NCBI GenBank assembly: GCA_024626585.2
Contig: JANKJI020000004.1
Location: 164,308,151 to 164,335,342, forward strand
Direction: 5' to 3'
Source: Ginkgo biloba
Lineage: Eukaryota > Plantae > Ginkgophyta
Length of the DNA stretch: 27,192 bases
This document shows positions 24,192 to 27,192 of this stretch, piece by piece. Numbering within the stretch: the stretch's first letter is position 1; each line of letters opens with the position of its first letter. The translations under genes were made by a program, and so were the position numbers. Under the pieces are notes generated by a model that saw only the letters and a program-made list of their open reading frames with translations, searched no databases and was not told the origin of the DNA.

Positions 24192-24546
24192 TCCATCTAC
24201 TTATTATTCTTCTGAGTAGAAATCCTATGCATAGGCTACATAATTTTATTTAGCACAAAAATTCATAAATGAGTATAGGAGGCTTTATTGAAGGAATAAT
24301 CCAAGTATAAAAAAGCACGTGAAAGGTACATGGAAAATCATAATTTCTAGGTTATGGATAGAGTGTGGATTTATCTACCTAAGGAAAATTTCAAATACAA
24401 GGATCAATAGATCAAGCCACTTTTATTTGGTCCTTATACCATTTTGGAGAGAATGATGTCTATTAGACTTACCTCTACATATGGATCTACGTCTAATACT
24501 CAATGTAGATAAGTTGAAGCTTTATGAGTTAATACAATTGGACTAG
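24192..24546 (+). mobile_element. Degenerate Ty3/gypsy integrase C-terminal (GPY/F) region
   Basis: Reads YKKARERYMENHNF*VMDRVWIYLPKENFKYKDQ*IKPLLFGPYTILER..LDLPLHMDLRLILNVDKLKLYE; same motif style as 5328-6067. Confidence 0.8.
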
Positions 24547-25994
24547 TCATCATAGTATCTACATGATTTACAACTAAATTATTTTGAGTCACTATAGGAG
24601 GATAGGATCTTCAAAAATTAGGTTAAGAAGATAAGATCTTTTAGCATTAATTTTTTCCTGGTTGAGAGGAAAGGATNNNNNNNNNNNNNNNNNNNNNNNN
24701 NNNNNNNNNNNNNNNNNNNNNNNNNNNNNNNNNNNNNNNNNNNNNNNNNNNNNNNNNNNNNNNNNNNNNNNNNNNNNNNNNNNNNNNNNNNNNNNNNNNN
24801 NNNNNNNNNNNNNNNNNNNNNNNNNNNNNNNNNNNNNNNNNNNNNNNNNNNNNNNNNNNNNNNNNNNNNNNNNNNNNNNNNNNNNNNNNNNNNNNNNNNN
24901 NNNNNNNNNNNNNNNNNNNNNNNNNNNNNNNNNNNNNNNNNNNNNNNNNNNNNNNNNNNNNNNNNNNNNNNNNNNNNNNNNNNNNNNNNNNNNNNNNNNN
25001 NNNNNNNNNNNNNNNNNNNNNNNNNNNNNNNNNNNNNNNNNNNNNNNNNNNNNNNNNNNNNNNNNNNNNNNNNNNNNNNNNNNNNNNNNNNNNNNNNNNN
25101 NNNNNNNNNNNNNNNNNNNNNNNNNNNNNNNNNNNNNNNNNNNNNNNNNNNNNNNNNNNNNNNNNNNNNNNNNNNNNNNNNNNNNNNNNNNNNNNNNNNN
25201 NNNNNNNNNNNNNNNNNNNNNNNNNNNNNNNNNNNNNNNNNNNNNNNNNNNNNNNNNNNNNNNNNNNNNNNNNNNNNNNNNNNNNNNNNNNNNNNNNNNN
25301 NNNNNNNNNNNNNNNNNNNNNNNNNNNNNNNNNNNNNNNNNNNNNNNNNNNNNNNNNNNNNNNNNNNNNNNNNNNNNNNNNNNNNNNNNNNNNNNNNNNN
25401 NNNNNNNNNNNNNNNNNNNNNNNNNNNNNNNNNNNNNNNNNNNNNNNNNNNNNNNNNNNNNNNNNNNNNNNNNNNNNNNNNNNNNNNNNNNNNNNNNNNN
25501 NNNNNNNNNNNNNNTTGACCAAAAAACATGTAGTGCAAATAGGAAAACATGTAGCATAAACTCTAAACATCAAACATTTTTCTCATAAACTCAAAATTAA
25601 GAAAATTCAAAGAAAAAACATATATTAGTCTATATTATTGGAGTTTCCTAACATCGTAGAAGCTTCTCATTCATAGCAATAGAGTTGGAGAGATTTATTT
25701 TAAGTGATTTTGGAGGAGTCATCGCATATGCTTAGTCTTAAGGTTCCATTTTTATGAGAACCAACCCCAAGGTCCATTATCTTTATCATTATTCTTAAGG
25801 AATTCCATTCCTTTATGATGTCAACCTTCCTTAAAATGAGATTATATTTGGACATATTATGAACTACAATATTCAACTGAGTATAGTAAAGTTTACACTA
25901 AACAATCAATAATATGTAATCATTAGTTTGAATTCTTAGCAACGTAATGATCTTATAAGATCTTAATGAGAAGATGATGGAGGACATCATCTCC

Positions 25995-26005
25995 AAAAAG
26001 GGGAG
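25995..26005 (+). promoter_or_regulatory. Polypurine tract
   Basis: AAAAAGGGGAG immediately before TTATGACCCAC, the family B LTR start. Confidence 0.7.
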
Positions 26006-26665
26006 TTATGACCCACTTAAAAATAATATCCTTGACATATGGATTATTATTTTCATTATACTCTTATTTAGAGTAGGTACATGTGATGTTGAATAAAAAA
26101 TATAATGGCCCATAAATGGAATCATATGTGTAACTAGTTCCTTTCTTTTCTCTTATGTGACATGCACCGATCCACCAAAATTCAATATACATTATGTGGA
26201 ATAATTTTGGTTGTATCAATATTATTTTAAATTATTATATATGTGGAATTACTTTCAACACTTAGAAATATTCTATCCTTAAATTAGAATTCTACAAATC
26301 AATTATTTATAACTCTTCATGTATCTCTCTTTAATATTATATTATAACATAATATTCATTAAAATAGTCATAGAGAAGAATTATAAAAGTATATTTGGAT
26401 TTAATTCTCTCTCTCTCTCTCTCTCTCAAACTTCTTGTCTTTGAAATCCCTTTAGGGTTTCTCTCTACTCTGTTGAAATCAATGGCAATAGAGTTTACAC
26501 TCATTGGGCATGTTTTTGGTTTATATTTTTATTTTCATTCATGGAAGGCATCCTTGGCCTTTGATTTTTGTTCTCAACATAGTGCATTTGAAGGCATGTA
26601 ATGGTTCCTACATAAAAAAAATCCTCTAAACCATTGGAGTAAGATATTCTTCCTTCCCCATATTT
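26006..26665 (+). repeat. LTR (family B, right copy), apparently truncated by the family A LTR
   Basis: Homologous to 19335 onward and preceded by a PPT. Contains TATAAAA (~26382), a (TC)11 tract, and an AT-rich stretch (~26170-26390) not evident in the left copy. Confidence 0.6.
26406..26427. repeat. (TC)11 microsatellite
   Basis: Direct reading. Confidence 0.95.
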
Positions 26666-27192
26666 TATAGTGATCCAAATAGAAAACTACTAATAATATA
26701 TAGAAATTAACAATTCATAGATAAAAGAATACATAAATGCTACAAAAAAGAAACAATATCTAATCAAACACACTTGGAGATAATTAAATAACTATGACAA
26801 TTCAGTCATGCAATGAAAAAAAAAAAAAAAAATAGCCAAAACTGAAAAAATACTTTAGATATTGGAAGGTGTAAGAACCTACCACCATGATTCATCACTA
26901 ATTTGGGAGAACCTACTACCTATAAGTAGTAAATTATTCTAAAGAAGAAGATAAGATAAAATATGATGAATAAGTGATGAAAAAGAAGTAAAATAAGGCC
27001 CTTTTATACCTAAAACTATCGTGCCTTAGTTCAAGAGTCATAACACTTGGATGAGAGGTGTCTTTTTGGTTCTTAAAATTTCTTTTAACTAACTAAATTT
27101 GGGAACTTGGTCACAATCCCTAATTTAATGTTATTTAAGGGGAATTTTAGGCCCCTTTATCCCTTATCTTTAGGATTTCACTTTCTAAATAT
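26666..27192 (-). repeat. LTR (family A, copy 2; solo or 3' LTR, runs off the window end)
   Basis: Plus strand TATAGTGATCCAAATAGAAAACTACTAATAATATATAGAAATTAACAATTCATAGATAAAAGAATA matches 4384 onward (TGTAGTGACCCAAACAAGAAACTACTAAATAATATATAAAAATTAACAGTTCATAGATAAAAGAATA) and stays collinear to the window end. TATAAAAG on minus at 27008-27001. No PBS follows it. Confidence 0.85.

Noticed and set aside
4914-25588. Long ORF-track entries made of X (4914-5402, 9952-10460, 17786-18586, 21367-21711, 24592-25588)
   Set aside because: Artefacts of translating N gaps.
4384-27192. One giant family A element that captured the transporter gene
   Set aside because: The right-hand LTR has no PBS and appears inserted in another LTR. 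The left LTR has its own PBS and gag leading away from the gene. The gene keeps long introns, which is not expected after reverse transcription.
1-27192. CRISPR arrays, tRNA/rRNA genes, prokaryotic operons or defence systems
   Set aside because: The sequence is a eukaryotic spliced locus. No repeat-spacer array or structural RNA gene was seen; the tRNA-complementary 11-12-mers are PBS sites.

Overview
AT-rich draft-assembly window (many N gaps) from a large-genome land plant; the long intron and old, decayed retroelements suggest a gymnosperm-like genome (inference). It holds one host gene, a 4-exon minus-strand Golgi-type nucleotide-sugar transporter of the TPT/DMT superfamily (UUAT/At3g11320-like clade; CDS 16270 or ~16345 down to 6673; intron 3 is ~7.2 kb). 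The gene sits among degenerate Ty3/gypsy pieces (gag-protease-RT, RT-RNaseH, integrase, PBS/PPT sites, two LTR families each present twice) and a LINE ORF1 relic. I found no new multi-gene system. The most notable observations are: (i) a decayed, apparently intronless copy of a nuclear-speckle RNA-binding protein (NSR-like RRM) just behind the PBS of an apparent LTR-bounded element, i.e. candidate retrotransposon gene capture; (ii) RT homology filling intron 1 right up to the splice donor; (iii) an LTR with a PPT-like signal on one side and a PBS on the other; (iv) a stop-containing non-homologous patch in exon 3 next to a gap. All homologies were recognised by eye from remembered family consensus; no searches were run.
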